Below, piece by piece: positions 1 to 9,104 of a stretch of 64,000 nucleotides of DNA. How positions within the stretch are numbered: the stretch's first letter is position 1; each line of letters begins with the position of its first letter. The translations under genes were made by a program, and so were the position numbers. The notes beneath the pieces are model-generated. The model had not been told where the DNA came from, did not search any database, and was given only the letters and a program-made list of their open reading frames with translations. Source of the DNA: Gammaproteobacteria bacterium (GTDB taxonomy: Bacteria; Pseudomonadota; Gammaproteobacteria; JAURND01); contig DASZWJ010000034.1 of NCBI GenBank assembly GCA_035546635.1, forward strand, positions 70,243 through 134,242, written 5' to 3'.

Positions 1-56
1 GTTTCATCCATGAAACCGACGGTCTGCTGAGCCCCTCCCCTCTGCTTTCACCTCGC
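1..56. repeat. Partial (right-half) copy of a long palindromic intergenic element, same family as 37482-37596
   Basis: The inner palindrome gtttcatccatgaaac and the arm cgacggtctgctgagcccctcccctctgctttc closely match 37541-37596. The copy is truncated by the window edge. Confidence 0.6.
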
Positions 57-120
57 TTTATAGCCATTCTGGATTTTACTGATCTGCTTTTTCCACAAGG
101 CGTTAATTAAGCGCTGCAAT

Positions 121-161
121 CCCCTCTCCTCCTGTGGGAGAGGGTTAGGGAGAGGGGGAGC
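121..161. repeat. REP-like hairpin, GGGAGAGG/CCTCTCCC family
   Basis: cccctctcctcctgtgggagagggttagggagagggggag is a variant of the CCCACAAGGGGA-core palindromes seen elsewhere in the window. Confidence 0.5.
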
Positions 162-193
162 TAAGGCCGTTTCATTTTTTTACGAGACCATTG

Positions 194-730
194 ATGCGCT
201 ACATTATTACGATTTTTACATTACTATTATTTATAGTGCTCATGACGTTTTTATGGCGGGGGCTGAAGCGTGATCCTCATGAGTTGCCGTCAGCACTGAT
301 TGGGAAACCGGTTCCTGAATTTAACTATGCGAGTTTGTTGCGCAAAGAAGGCTCTCTTAGCAATAAAATGTTTTTAGGGCATGTGTCGTTGTTAAATGTG
401 TGGGCGACTTGGTGTATTACTTGCCATGCAGAGCATCCGGTGTTGATGGATATTGCGCACTCTGGTGTAGTGACTGTGTATGGATTGAATTATAAGGATG
501 ATTTTTTCCAAGCAACCGATTGGCTAAAAAAATATGGTAATCCGTATGCGGATGTTATTTTTGATGGCAAGGGGACGTTGGCTATTGATTTTGGGGTTTA
601 TGGGACGCCTGAGACGTTTGTGATTGATAGTAAGGGAATTATTCGAGATAAATATATAGGTGCTATTAGTCCTGATGTTTGGAAAAATAAAATTGAACCT
701 GAAGTGTTGAGACTGCAAGGTAAAAGTTAA
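194..730 (+). CDS. ccmG: Thiol:disulfide oxidoreductase CcmG/DsbE (cytochrome c maturation)
   Basis: N-terminal membrane anchor and a thioredoxin WCxxC motif (WATWCITCHAEHP). It is followed by ccmH and ccmI. The ORF opens at TTG 191, with an ATG at 194. Confidence 0.85.
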   Translation: MRYIITIFTLLLFIVLMTFLWRGLKRDPHELPSALIGKPVPEFNYASLLRKEGSLSNKMFLGHVSLLNVWATWCITCHAEHPVLMDIAHSGVVTVYGLNYKDDFFQATDWLKKYGNPYADVIFDGKGTLAIDFGVYGTPETFVIDSKGIIRDKYIGAISPDVWKNKIEPEVLRLQGKS

Positions 731-752
731 TGGGTGACAGGCTCTAGTCAAT

Positions 753-1211
753 ATGAAAAAAATACTAGTGTTTATTATGATTATTTTTTTTGGCTACGTT
801 ACATTTACTTGCGCAGAGCCTCAGGGAATCTATACCTTTACTTCAAAAGCACAACAAACGCAGTTTGAACAACTTACCCAACAACTGCGATGTCTGGTTT
901 GTCAGAATGAGAGTTTGGCAGACTCTAATGCACCATTGGCACAGGATTTGCGTAAAGAAATTTATGACCAAGTGCAAAAAGGTAGTGATACCGGCGCTAT
1001 AAAAAAATATCTTTTGGCAAGATATGGCCAGTTTATTTTGTTTAAACCGGCATGGAACCGCTTAACTTATGTGCTGTGGATACTGCCATTTGCTTTGTTA
1101 TTGATGGCATTTTGCATTTTAGCTTTGGTGGTATATAGCAGGAAAAAAGTTGCCGTGACCACGGCTTTGCTGACGCATGAAAAACAGCGTTTAAAAGAGT
1201 TGGGATTATAA
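753..1211 (+). CDS. ccmH: Cytochrome c-type biogenesis protein CcmH
   Basis: Signal peptide, the hallmark LRCLVCQNESLADSNAPLA (CxxC) motif and a C-terminal TM. It sits between ccmG and ccmI. Confidence 0.85.
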   Translation: MKKILVFIMIIFFGYVTFTCAEPQGIYTFTSKAQQTQFEQLTQQLRCLVCQNESLADSNAPLAQDLRKEIYDQVQKGSDTGAIKKYLLARYGQFILFKPAWNRLTYVLWILPFALLLMAFCILALVVYSRKKVAVTTALLTHEKQRLKELGL

Positions 1212-1213
1212 AT

Positions 1214-2428
1214 ATGCTGATGTTTTGGGTAGGTATTGCAGTGATGGTGGTGGTCGCATTGACCTTTGTTGTGCTGCCACTTCTTTGGCCGCGAAAAATC
1301 GCAGGCCCAGATGCTGTGTCTTTATCAATTGCACTACATAAAGATCGTTTGTTGCATCTAAATCAGCAAAGACAAAGAGAAGAATTGGCGCCAGAAGCAT
1401 ATAATCAAATGCATTTGGAGCTCGAAAAATCTTTGTTAGATGAAATTCCAGAAGTAAAGACGCATGCGACACATCCAAAACGCAGTACTGGTTTAGCTAT
1501 AGCATTGTTGATTATTTTGCCTGTAGTCGCGGTGTGTTTTTACTTATATGGAGACTCCTTTCGAAAGTATGCAGACTATAGAATGGCTTATGAAAAAACA
1601 CGTAAGCTGAACGCTGAGATTGCCGAATTAGGTAGTGTAGATAATATTATTACTCAGCTTAAACAGCGGGTTGATGCGCATCCTGATGGGCGTGGCTGGT
1701 TTTTGCTGGGACGGCTTTATATGAAACAGGAGCGTTTTTCAGAAGCTGTGGCAGCATTTGTTAAAGCAGAGCAATTGACTCAGGCGACACCTGAAATGTT
1801 GATAGCGCATGCAGAAGCACTATATTTTATTAACGGACATACTTTGAATTTGCAGGCGCGGGCATTGTTAACTTCTGCTTTAAAGTTACAGCCCAATGCG
1901 AAAGAAGCGGTAAGCCTGTTGGCAATTGATGCTTATCAGCGCGGAAATTTTGCGCAAGCAGCAAGTTATTGGCAGCAATTGCTATCGCAATATCCCCCAG
2001 ATTCTGATGAAGGCAAAATACTATTGCGCATGATTGCCGAAGCGCAACAACACCTTGAAAAATCTTCCAACAATACAGCCAAAATTGTACTGCCGGTTTC
2101 AGTACAACTGGCGGAGTCTTTGAAGAATAAAGTAAGAGGTGATGAGACCCTGTTTATTTATGCACAGGCAGAAACAGGATCGCCTATGCCATTGGCGGTA
2201 GTGAAGCGTTTGGCACATGATCTGCCGTTACAAATTACTTTAAATGAAGGAATGGGAATGCTGCCGGGTGTGTCATTGGCGGATGTTGATAAAGTTAGAG
2301 TCATCGCACGGATTTCTAAGTCCGGCCAACCGCTAGCTGCCAACGGCGATTTAGAAGGGAGTAGTGATGTTATAGAGGTGCATAAGCATCCTGAGAAAAT
2401 TGTGGTGATGATTGATAAGGTGCATTGA
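1214..2428 (+). CDS. ccmI: Cytochrome c-type biogenesis protein CcmI/CycH (TPR-containing)
   Basis: Two N-terminal TM segments followed by a TPR-like region (GWFLLGRLYMKQERFSEAVAAF). It lies immediately after ccmH. Confidence 0.75.
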   Translation: MLMFWVGIAVMVVVALTFVVLPLLWPRKIAGPDAVSLSIALHKDRLLHLNQQRQREELAPEAYNQMHLELEKSLLDEIPEVKTHATHPKRSTGLAIALLIILPVVAVCFYLYGDSFRKYADYRMAYEKTRKLNAEIAELGSVDNIITQLKQRVDAHPDGRGWFLLGRLYMKQERFSEAVAAFVKAEQLTQATPEMLIAHAEALYFINGHTLNLQARALLTSALKLQPNAKEAVSLLAIDAYQRGNFAQAASYWQQLLSQYPPDSDEGKILLRMIAEAQQHLEKSSNNTAKIVLPVSVQLAESLKNKVRGDETLFIYAQAETGSPMPLAVVKRLAHDLPLQITLNEGMGMLPGVSLADVDKVRVIARISKSGQPLAANGDLEGSSDVIEVHKHPEKIVVMIDKVH

Positions 2429-2436
2429 AGCTAAGT

Positions 2437-2602
2437 AAAAACATTAACCTCTCCCCTTGTGGGAGAGGTCGACGCGGGTAGCGCGGAGGGAGAGGGGTAA
2501 GCATCGGCTGGTTTCAATGTTATTATGCCTACTGAAAAATACCCCTTTCCCTCCAGGCTTCGCCTGTCGACCTCTCCCACAAGGGGAGAGGTTAATGTTT
2601 TT
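2437..2602. repeat. Nested palindromic element: perfect 37-bp terminal inverted repeats, each arm containing its own hairpin
   Basis: aaaaacattaacctctccccttgtgggagaggtcgac (2437-2473) is the exact reverse complement of 2566-2602. It is intergenic between the ccmI stop and tRNA-Arg. Confidence 0.85.
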
Positions 2603-2709
2603 ATTTAGTTTGGTACCACAAGGTAAGAGGGAGTCACAGTGCACGATTTTACGAAATACATAGATTAAGTCTTTTTACTACTAGTTTTTTTAAGTATACT
2701 AAAATCCTT

Positions 2710-2786
2710 GCGCCCATAGCTCAGCTGGATAGAGTACCTGGCTTCGAACCAGGTGGTCGGAGGTTCGAATCCTTCTGGGCGCGCCA
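2710..2786 (+). tRNA. tRNA-Arg (anticodon TCG)
   Basis: A 77-nt cloverleaf reads gcgccca / gctcagctggatagagt / cctgg-cttcgaa-ccagg / ggagg-ttcgaat-ccttc / tgggcgc-g-cca. It is very similar to E. coli tRNA-Arg, and the CCA is encoded. Confidence 0.9.
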
Positions 2787-2834
2787 AAAAATTCACAGTT
2801 TCTTCCCGCCTGTGCTCATTGATGAGGTGATGAT

Positions 2835-3749
2835 ATGTTTCATGGCAGTATGGTAGCTATAGTAACGCCTATGGAGCCAGATGGCGTTATTGATGTTGAT
2901 AGCCTTCGCAATTTAATTGAATGGCATATCGAGCAAGGCACTCATGGTATTGTAATATTGGGTTCCACAGGTGAGTCACCGACGATTAACCCACAAGAGC
3001 GTCAACTGATTATCCAGCAGGCGCGCGAGCAGATTAAAGAACGTGTACCGCTGATTGTTGGAACGGGTACCAATTCCACAGATTTGAGCATACATTATAC
3101 GCGTGAAGCTATGGAGTTGGGCGCAGATGCTTGTTTATTGATAACTCCGTACTATAATAAACCCACGCAAGAAGGCCTTTATCTACATTTCAAGGCAGTG
3201 GCGGATGCCGTTCCCATTCCGCAGATTTTATATAATTGTCCTTCCAGAACGGCTTGTGATTTAAAGCCTGAAACTATCGCACGTTTAGTGCATTTACCCA
3301 ATATTATTGGGTTAAAAGAAGCGGTGGGAGATTTACAACGACTAAAGGAAATCCTGGCCTTCTCCAGTCATGTCTTGGATGTTTATAGCGGAGATGATGC
3401 AACAGGGCTAGATTTTTTATTAGCGGGAGCCAGAGGCGTGATTTCCGTCACTGCCAATGTCGCACCACAGTTAATGCGCAAAATGTGTGATGCAGCATTA
3501 GCAGGTGATACCGAGACAGCACATCAAATAAATGAAAAATTAGCTGGATTTCATAAATTACAGGGTGTGGAAACCAATCCCATTCCAGTAAAGTGGGCCT
3601 TGCATATCATGGGTATGATCCCAAAGGGTATACGTTTGCCTTTAACCCCTTTGTCTGAAACCTACCATGATGCGGTAAGGGAAGCATTAATGCCTTTTTG
3701 GCAGGAGCACATTAGCTATTCCAGAAATACCGGAACGGCTTCTTTATAA
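2835..3749 (+). CDS. dapA: 4-hydroxy-tetrahydrodipicolinate synthase
   Basis: The DapA N-terminus (GSMVAIVTPM), GSTGES and NKPTQEG motifs are present. It is followed by a bamC-like lipoprotein, as in enterobacterial dapA-bamC synteny. Confidence 0.9.
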   Translation: MFHGSMVAIVTPMEPDGVIDVDSLRNLIEWHIEQGTHGIVILGSTGESPTINPQERQLIIQQAREQIKERVPLIVGTGTNSTDLSIHYTREAMELGADACLLITPYYNKPTQEGLYLHFKAVADAVPIPQILYNCPSRTACDLKPETIARLVHLPNIIGLKEAVGDLQRLKEILAFSSHVLDVYSGDDATGLDFLLAGARGVISVTANVAPQLMRKMCDAALAGDTETAHQINEKLAGFHKLQGVETNPIPVKWALHIMGMIPKGIRLPLTPLSETYHDAVREALMPFWQEHISYSRNTGTASL

Positions 3750-3760
3750 GGAGATGACTT

Positions 3761-3988
3761 GTGCGATATGGAAAAATCATTACTATAGCTGCCTTGGTTA
3801 GCAGTCTTGCAGCCTGCTCATGGATTCCACCAACCAATGAGCAACCACCTAAACTACCGTCGCCTGATTTGCGACCGTTGGATTCAAATGCACCGGATGC
3901 ACAAGGTGTTGTAGATACCGAAAAGCAGGTATGGCCTGATGATGCTGCGCCTGTGGTTGTTCCTCCTGGGCTGCAAAAATCATCATAA
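3761..3988 (+). CDS. Small Pro-rich lipoprotein whose leader is paralogous to that of the next gene
   Basis: A GTG start lies 8 nt after AAGGAG, and there is a lipobox LAAC. The leader MRYGKIITIAALVSSLAAC resembles MQYGKMIIVSALAASLAAC of 4080-4760. Confidence 0.45.
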   Translation: MRYGKIITIAALVSSLAACSWIPPTNEQPPKLPSPDLRPLDSNAPDAQGVVDTEKQVWPDDAAPVVVPPGLQKSS

Positions 3989-4079
3989 TTAAAGTATATC
4001 TCTTCCCCTTTAAAAGGAAGATTCTTAAGACTAAGCTCTCACCACTTGTGTGAGTTAATTGATAATTTAGGAGATTAAA

Positions 4080-4760
4080 ATGCAATATGGAAAAATGATT
4101 ATTGTATCCGCATTAGCTGCCAGTTTGGCTGCATGTACTACGACCACCCCTTCTAACACCAAGATTGTAAATGAAACACAGCCGCCGCGTTTGTCTAAGG
4201 AAGTTTCTGTTAGCAGTGTTAATCCTGTACGTGTTCCCAGTAATTTAAGTTCCTCCAATATTCAAAACAGCTATCAAGTGCCGGAAACACCTACCCCAGG
4301 TTCTACCGGCGAGCAGCAAAATACCACCTTAGCACCTCCGGGCAGTAATCTAGCACAAGCTACCTCTGCTACAACTCAGCCTCAAAGTACCCAGCCTGCA
4401 GCTGCGCCTGCCCCAGCGCCAGCACCAGCAGTGTCTGTACCGGCAAAACCTGCGGGAGTGACCGGCAATTCCCTTACTTTAAATGTGGGTTACGATCAGG
4501 CTTGGTCTAAAGTCGGTAAAGGTTTACCTTCGGCGGGTTATCCTGTCATGGAGCAAGATAATTCTTCAGGAACTTATTATGTTTTAGATAAAGTAAGCAG
4601 TGGTGGTGTCATTAAACGCGATACGCCAATTTACCAGGTACATCTTGAAAAACAAGGCGCTAAAGCAACGACTGTCACTGTTGTCAATCCGCAGAACCAA
4701 CAAGCGGCGCCAAGTGGAGTCACCAGTCGCATTTTAAGTGCTTTGAAAAATTCTATGTAA
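4080..4760 (+). CDS. bamC: BamC/NlpB-like outer-membrane lipoprotein (single helix-grip domain)
   Basis: Lipobox LAAC, a low-complexity P/A/Q/T linker, and a C-terminal domain resembling a BamC helix-grip domain (LTLNVGYDQAWSKVGKGLPSAGYPV). Its position downstream of dapA fits. Confidence 0.5.
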   Translation: MQYGKMIIVSALAASLAACTTTTPSNTKIVNETQPPRLSKEVSVSSVNPVRVPSNLSSSNIQNSYQVPETPTPGSTGEQQNTTLAPPGSNLAQATSATTQPQSTQPAAAPAPAPAPAVSVPAKPAGVTGNSLTLNVGYDQAWSKVGKGLPSAGYPVMEQDNSSGTYYVLDKVSSGGVIKRDTPIYQVHLEKQGAKATTVTVVNPQNQQAAPSGVTSRILSALKNSM

Positions 4761-4800
4761 TATTGGGTTTACTATTCCTCAATCAATCTCCTCTTACAGC

Positions 4801-4875
4801 CTTAGCTTTTTTCCTTCTCCCATCCCACAAGGGGATTCCCTTCGGTCACAGACGGGAGATAGAAAAAAGCTAAGG
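4801..4875 (+). repeat. Family-A REP/MITE-like element (copy 1 of 5)
   Basis: The core is ttccttctcccatcccacaaggggattcccttcggtcacagacgggaga, with flanking inverted cttagctttt/aaaagctaag. It is intergenic between bamC and purC. Confidence 0.85.
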
Positions 4876-4907
4876 CTTAAGAGAAGGTTTTCTTTTGCGA
4901 GCTGTGA

Positions 4908-5648
4908 ATGACCTTAGAAAAAAAATCATTACGTTATACAGGTAAAGCTAAGACACTTTATGATACTGAAGATGCGCATTGTTTAATTATGGAGTTCCGT
5001 GATGATACTAGCGCTTTTGATGGAATAAAAACCGCTAAGCTAGCTCATAAAGGCATGGTGAATAATTATTTCAATGCCTTCATTATGCAAAAACTGGAAG
5101 CTTCAGGGATTGCGACGCAGTTCATTCGTCTATTGTCACCCCATGAAACACTGGTGAAACATCTCCATATGATTCCGGTCGAGTGTGTGGTGCGTAATAT
5201 TGCTGCTGGTCATTTATGCTCACGCTTGGGAGTTGAAGAGGGTATTACTTTAACGCCGCCTACCTTTGAATTTTTCCTCAAAAATGACGCACTTCACGAT
5301 CCGATGATTAATGAATCATTAATTCGTACTTTTAATTGGGCAAGTGAGGAAGAGGTGGCTTTGATGAAAAGCGTAACTATGCAAGTGAATAATATACTGA
5401 AGCCCTTGTTCTTACAGGCAGGTTTGTTATTGGTAGATTTTAAGCTGGAATTTGGGCGTTATGAAGGCAAGTTGTTATTAGGAGATGAGTTTACGCCAGA
5501 TGGTTGCCGTATTTGGGATGTTAAAACCCGCAATAAATTAGACAAGGATCGTTTTCGAAAAGATCTCGGTGGTGTCATTGAGGCTTATGAAGAAGTAGCT
5601 AGACGTTTGGCAGTGCCTTTGCCAACATCACTGCACGCAGAAGAATAA
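4908..5648 (+). CDS. purC: Phosphoribosylaminoimidazole-succinocarboxamide (SAICAR) synthase
   Basis: Typical PurC sequence ([40 protein letters not shown]). Confidence 0.9.
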   Translation: MTLEKKSLRYTGKAKTLYDTEDAHCLIMEFRDDTSAFDGIKTAKLAHKGMVNNYFNAFIMQKLEASGIATQFIRLLSPHETLVKHLHMIPVECVVRNIAAGHLCSRLGVEEGITLTPPTFEFFLKNDALHDPMINESLIRTFNWASEEEVALMKSVTMQVNNILKPLFLQAGLLLVDFKLEFGRYEGKLLLGDEFTPDGCRIWDVKTRNKLDKDRFRKDLGGVIEAYEEVARRLAVPLPTSLHAEE

Positions 5649-5662
5649 ACCTGTTTCTAACA

Positions 5663-5751
5663 GGAGAGGTACCGAAGCGGTCACAACGGCGCCGACTCGA
5701 AATCGGATGGGGCGCAAGCCCACGAGGGTTCGAATCCCTCCCTCTCCGCCA
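5663..5751 (+). tRNA. tRNA-Ser (anticodon CGA)
   Basis: An 89-nt class II tRNA with acceptor ggagagg...cctctcc-g-cca, anticodon loop ctCGAaa, a long variable arm and T-arm gaggg-ttcgaat-ccctc. It resembles E. coli tRNA-Ser(CGA). Confidence 0.9.
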
Positions 5752-5881
5752 GTTTGGACGCCGCAGGCGCCCGAAGGGTGAGGGTCAGGAGACCCGAATC
5801 AATCCCTCCATCGAAGCCAGCTTGAAGTGTTTTGTTGAGCTAAATAAAAATATATAATAATTAATTTTAAAGAGGGGGGCG

Positions 5882-6103
5882 ATGACACAAGCTATCCGAC
5901 AAGATATCACTGTACAAAAAGATCATCGAATTTACTCACCTGAGCTGAAATTAGGCGATCGTGTAGAAGTAATACTTTTGTTCAATCAGGATGAAAATAA
6001 AAAGTCTAACCTCCGTACTTTGCTTGGTACTGGCAAGGGCAGTTTTTCTTCTCAAGAGGAGGCTGATGCATTTATCCGTCGAGAAAGAAACACATGGGAA
6101 TAA
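5882..6103 (+). CDS. Putative VapB-like antitoxin
   Basis: A 73-aa ORF whose stop overlaps the ATG of a PIN-domain reading frame. The C-terminal GKGSFSSQEEADAFIRRERNTWE tail is typical of small antitoxins. Confidence 0.5.
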   Translation: MTQAIRQDITVQKDHRIYSPELKLGDRVEVILLFNQDENKKSNLRTLLGTGKGSFSSQEEADAFIRRERNTWE

Positions 6104-6410
6104 TCTCCGTTTCAGGAAACATTTACTTAGATGTAAATGTGTTTATTTACCTTACCTGCCGGAAGGCTATCCTGAGTTTGCTGAGATTCTTTCTCACCTC
6201 GCAGGTTATATTGATGAAGGTAGCCTGCAAGCTTTTACTAGTGAGCTTTCATTAGCAGAAGTGTTAGTCAAGCCGATTAAGGATAAACAGCTCGCTTTAC
6301 AGAATCTTTATGAAAGTACTATTCAAACCACAAGTAATTTGACAGGAAACAGGCTCTCTGGTTTTAGCATAATTTTTCTAAAACCTATCTTCAAATACCT
6401 TCTTTGGTAA
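6094..6410 (+). pseudogene. Frameshifted PIN-domain (VapC-like) toxin
   Basis: The frame from ATG 6094 gives MGIISVSGNIYLDVNVFIYL (the PIN N-terminal acidic motif) and then stops. PIN-like sequence continues in another frame (PEFAEILSHL...TSELSLAEVLVKPIK), with the shift near 6150-6165. Confidence 0.6.
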
Positions 6411-6464
6411 GAGGTATAGACATCAAAAAGAGAAGGGGTCAGGTTGTAACTATTGAGCACAAAC

Positions 6465-7496
6465 ATGAAATCCCTAAGCAAATTAAAACCCGAAAAGGGT
6501 ATCTGGATGACCGATATCCCTATCCCGGATATTGGGCATAACGATGTATTAATTAAGATAAAAAAAACCGCAATCTGCGGTACAGATATTCATATATATA
6601 ATTGGGATCACTGGGCTAGTCAGACCATACCGGTGCCTATGACCATTGGGCACGAATTTGTCGGTGAAATCGTAGAATTGGGCAGTGAGGTGACGGGTTA
6701 CAAGGTGGGTGATCGGGTTTCTGGTGAGGGGCATATCACCTGCGGGCATTGTCGTCAATGCCGTGCGGGAAAACGTCATTTATGCCGTAATACAATAGGC
6801 ATTGGTGTGAATTGTCCGGGTTGTTTTGCAGAATATTTAAGTCTTCCTGCAAGCAATGTATTTTTAGTCCCGCCAACTATATCTGATGATGTTGCTGCTT
6901 TTTTAGATCCATTAGGCAATGCCACGCATACCGCCTTATCATTTGATTTAGTCGGCGAAGATGTTTTGATTACGGGTGCGGGACCTATTGGTATTATGGC
7001 AGCAGCCATTGCAAGACATGCGGGTGCACGTTTTGTCGTTATAACCGATATTAATCCCTATCGATTAGAGTTAGCTAAAAATATGGGAGTGACTCGGGCG
7101 GTGGATGCCAGAAGTGAATCTTTGCAGGATATTATGACAGAGTTGGGTATGCAGGCAGGATTTGATGTGGGTTTTGAAATGTCAGGCAATGCCCGTGCGT
7201 TTAACGATATGCTTTTGACTATGAATCATGGCGGGCGAATAGGGATGTTAGGTATTCCACCGGATAAGATCGCCATTGATTGGAATTTATTGATTTTCAA
7301 AGGATTAACTATCAAAGGAATTTACGGCAGAGAAATGTTTGAAACCTGGTATAAAATGGCTAGCATGTTACAAAGCGGCCTTGATGTCACTGGGATTATT
7401 ACTCACCATTTTCCTGTAGAAGAATTTGAAAAAGCTTTTGAAGTTATGCGTGGAGAAAAATCAGGGAAGGTGATTTTAGATTGGCAGTCAGTTTGA
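6465..7496 (+). CDS. tdh: L-threonine 3-dehydrogenase
   Basis: [17 protein letters not shown] aligns with the E. coli Tdh N-terminus. The zinc-ADH motifs GHEFVGE and [10 protein letters not shown] are present. The ORF opens at TTG 6453, but ATG 6465 matches Tdh length. Confidence 0.9.
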   Translation: MKSLSKLKPEKGIWMTDIPIPDIGHNDVLIKIKKTAICGTDIHIYNWDHWASQTIPVPMTIGHEFVGEIVELGSEVTGYKVGDRVSGEGHITCGHCRQCRAGKRHLCRNTIGIGVNCPGCFAEYLSLPASNVFLVPPTISDDVAAFLDPLGNATHTALSFDLVGEDVLITGAGPIGIMAAAIARHAGARFVVITDINPYRLELAKNMGVTRAVDARSESLQDIMTELGMQAGFDVGFEMSGNARAFNDMLLTMNHGGRIGMLGIPPDKIAIDWNLLIFKGLTIKGIYGREMFETWYKMASMLQSGLDVTGIITHHFPVEEFEKAFEVMRGEKSGKVILDWQSV

Positions 7497-7670
7497 ACCA
7501 GAGCGTGTAACTACGTCAAATATGTTTCATTTTCTCTTTAATTGTGTTAGAAATATCTTCCGAAGAGGTAGGGTCAGTCTTTTATTCGCGTGTGTCGATG
7601 CTGGTTTTTGTTGTTGTCGTTATCACTTTTTCCGTTTTTAATCGAATAATTTTTTTAAGGAGATTTAAAT

Positions 7671-8426
7671 ATGCGTGTTTTATTGTCTTTAATAGCTGCA
7701 TTTGCACTGGTTTTGGCTGGTTGCCAAAAACAAGATCAGTCGTCTGATACCACAGATGGAAGTACGACGACTACAGAAACCAGCACCAGCACAACTGAGA
7801 CAACCCCAGCCAGTAGTGATGAATCTACTACCACCACCACTAGCAGCTCTGAAGAGTCTACAACAACATCAACTGCTCCTAGCTCTGAGCAATCCATATC
7901 CACAAGCGCAGCACCGGGTTCTGAGCAGTCTACTACAACTACTACCGTTCCTGGCAGCTCTGATCAATCGACTACTACTACAACTGTTCCTGGTTCAACC
8001 GATCAGTCCACAAACAGCGTAACTGTACCTGGTTCAACCGATCAGTCTGGAACCAGTGCAACCGTCCCTGGCTCAACCGATCAGTCTACAAGCAACGTAA
8101 CTGTACCTGGTTCAACCGATCAATCAACTGTGCCTGGCTCAACGGATCAGCCCACTACAACTACACCTGATTCATCTACCCAATCTCAGTCTACAACAAC
8201 AACAACAACTACTACACCGGGTTCAACCGATCAGTCTACAACAACACCGGATACTACTCAGTCTACCACCACTACCACTACATCAGGTGCTGACCAATCC
8301 GGCAGTGCAACCTCAAGCACTACAACTGAATCTACGAGTTCAACTTCTGGAACCGATCAAACTCAGGGTAGCACGGATACCTCAAGCAGCGATCCATTAG
8401 AAGGTAGTTCAACCTCAACCAGCTAA
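7671..8426 (+). CDS. Thr/Ser-rich repetitive (mucin-like) lipoprotein
   Basis: An AAGGAG RBS, a lipobox LAGC and more than 60% S/T by eye. It contains tandem TVPGSTDQST units. Confidence 0.7.
   Translation: MRVLLSLIAAFALVLAGCQKQDQSSDTTDGSTTTTETSTSTTETTPASSDESTTTTTSSSEESTTTSTAPSSEQSISTSAAPGSEQSTTTTTVPGSSDQSTTTTTVPGSTDQSTNSVTVPGSTDQSGTSATVPGSTDQSTSNVTVPGSTDQSTVPGSTDQPTTTTPDSSTQSQSTTTTTTTTPGSTDQSTTTPDTTQSTTTTTTSGADQSGSATSSTTTESTSSTSGTDQTQGSTDTSSSDPLEGSSTSTS
7944..8165 (+). repeat. In-frame 39-bp tandem repeat array (about 5.7 units) inside the S/T-rich lipoprotein gene
   Basis: Units start at 7944, 7983, 8022, 8061, 8100 (27 bp, truncated) and 8127. The consensus is act gtn cct ggy tca acc gat cag tcn aca nnn nnn gta. 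Confidence 0.85.
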
Positions 8427-8471
8427 GACAAAACAATGCACTAGCATTTGTTAAAATAGTTTGGTTTAAAG

Positions 8472-8510
8472 GAGCCGTTATTTAGAAGTTTAAATAGCGG
8501 CTCTTTTATT
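8472..8510 (+). terminator. Rho-independent terminator
   Basis: The stem gagccgttattta/taaatagcggctc has one mismatch and is followed by ttttattt. It lies downstream of the S/T-rich lipoprotein gene. Confidence 0.75.
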
Positions 8511-8561
8511 TGTGTTCATAAATTTTCAATGTTTATAAATTAAAAGTCCAATGGGGTAGTC

Positions 8562-9095
8562 ATGCGTAAATTTTACTATCTGATATTCCTATCACTGTTT
8601 TTAACAGGTTGCGCCACAGTTTCTCCCAATAAACTAGGCATTTCCCAAAGTGAATGGGATCAATACAGTGATAGCCAGCGTGAACAATTGATCGAGAATT
8701 ATCACCAAGCCCAGAGATCGAAAATATCTCATGCTAAGGGTGGTAGCTCCTTGTTATCAGTAAACATTCAAGATGGAAAGGCGCTGATGCCTCCTTTTAC
8801 GCAACTGACAGCTTTTCAGCCCATTTCCTTTAATATCAGAGAAGGGAAGTGTAACGAGAAATTGACAATAGTCAGCGCCGAAAATCCAGAGCAGCATACC
8901 AAGCTGGGCATCTGTTACCAGGGAGGTACATTATATATGGATCCAAGCCCTATTGATCCCAGTAAAGCGGATGGTTCACTGCAATTCCCATATATGCCTA
9001 TTTGGAGTCGGGGTTTTACCTACCCTAATGTGACTAGTACCGGAATGGCGAAATTAACCAATGTGAATATTACTGTGCAGGAAATATCTCACTAG
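8562..9095 (+). CDS. Hypothetical lipoprotein
   Basis: Signal peptide with lipobox LTGC. No recognisable domain. Confidence 0.6.
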   Translation: MRKFYYLIFLSLFLTGCATVSPNKLGISQSEWDQYSDSQREQLIENYHQAQRSKISHAKGGSSLLSVNIQDGKALMPPFTQLTAFQPISFNIREGKCNEKLTIVSAENPEQHTKLGICYQGGTLYMDPSPIDPSKADGSLQFPYMPIWSRGFTYPNVTSTGMAKLTNVNITVQEISH

Positions 9096-9104
9096 GAATA
9101 TTCT

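Noticed and set aside
2444-2663. ORFs 2444-2644 (minus) and 2457-2663 (plus). Similar ORFs at 17762-18136, 25889-26095 and 27033-27341 are partly templated by the same kind of repeat.
   Set aside because: They lie wholly or partly within palindromic REP-like elements. The GEG/PLWE-type peptides (PSPCGRG, PSHKGIPFGHRREKE) are simply translated repeat sequence. They have no RBS, occur on both strands of the same palindrome, and recur wherever the repeat recurs.
5991-6410. The 139-aa ORF from the track, taken as an intact gene
   Set aside because: Its N-terminal part is an out-of-frame read across the antitoxin gene, and only its C-terminal part looks PIN-like. The true PIN N-terminus is in another frame from ATG 6094. 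I treated it as one frameshifted pseudogene instead.
7702-8022. The alternative-frame 106-aa ORF within the S/T-rich lipoprotein gene, and the 7544-7747 ORF upstream
   Set aside because: These are frame artefacts of a low-complexity repeat region. The 7671 frame has the RBS, lipobox and terminator.
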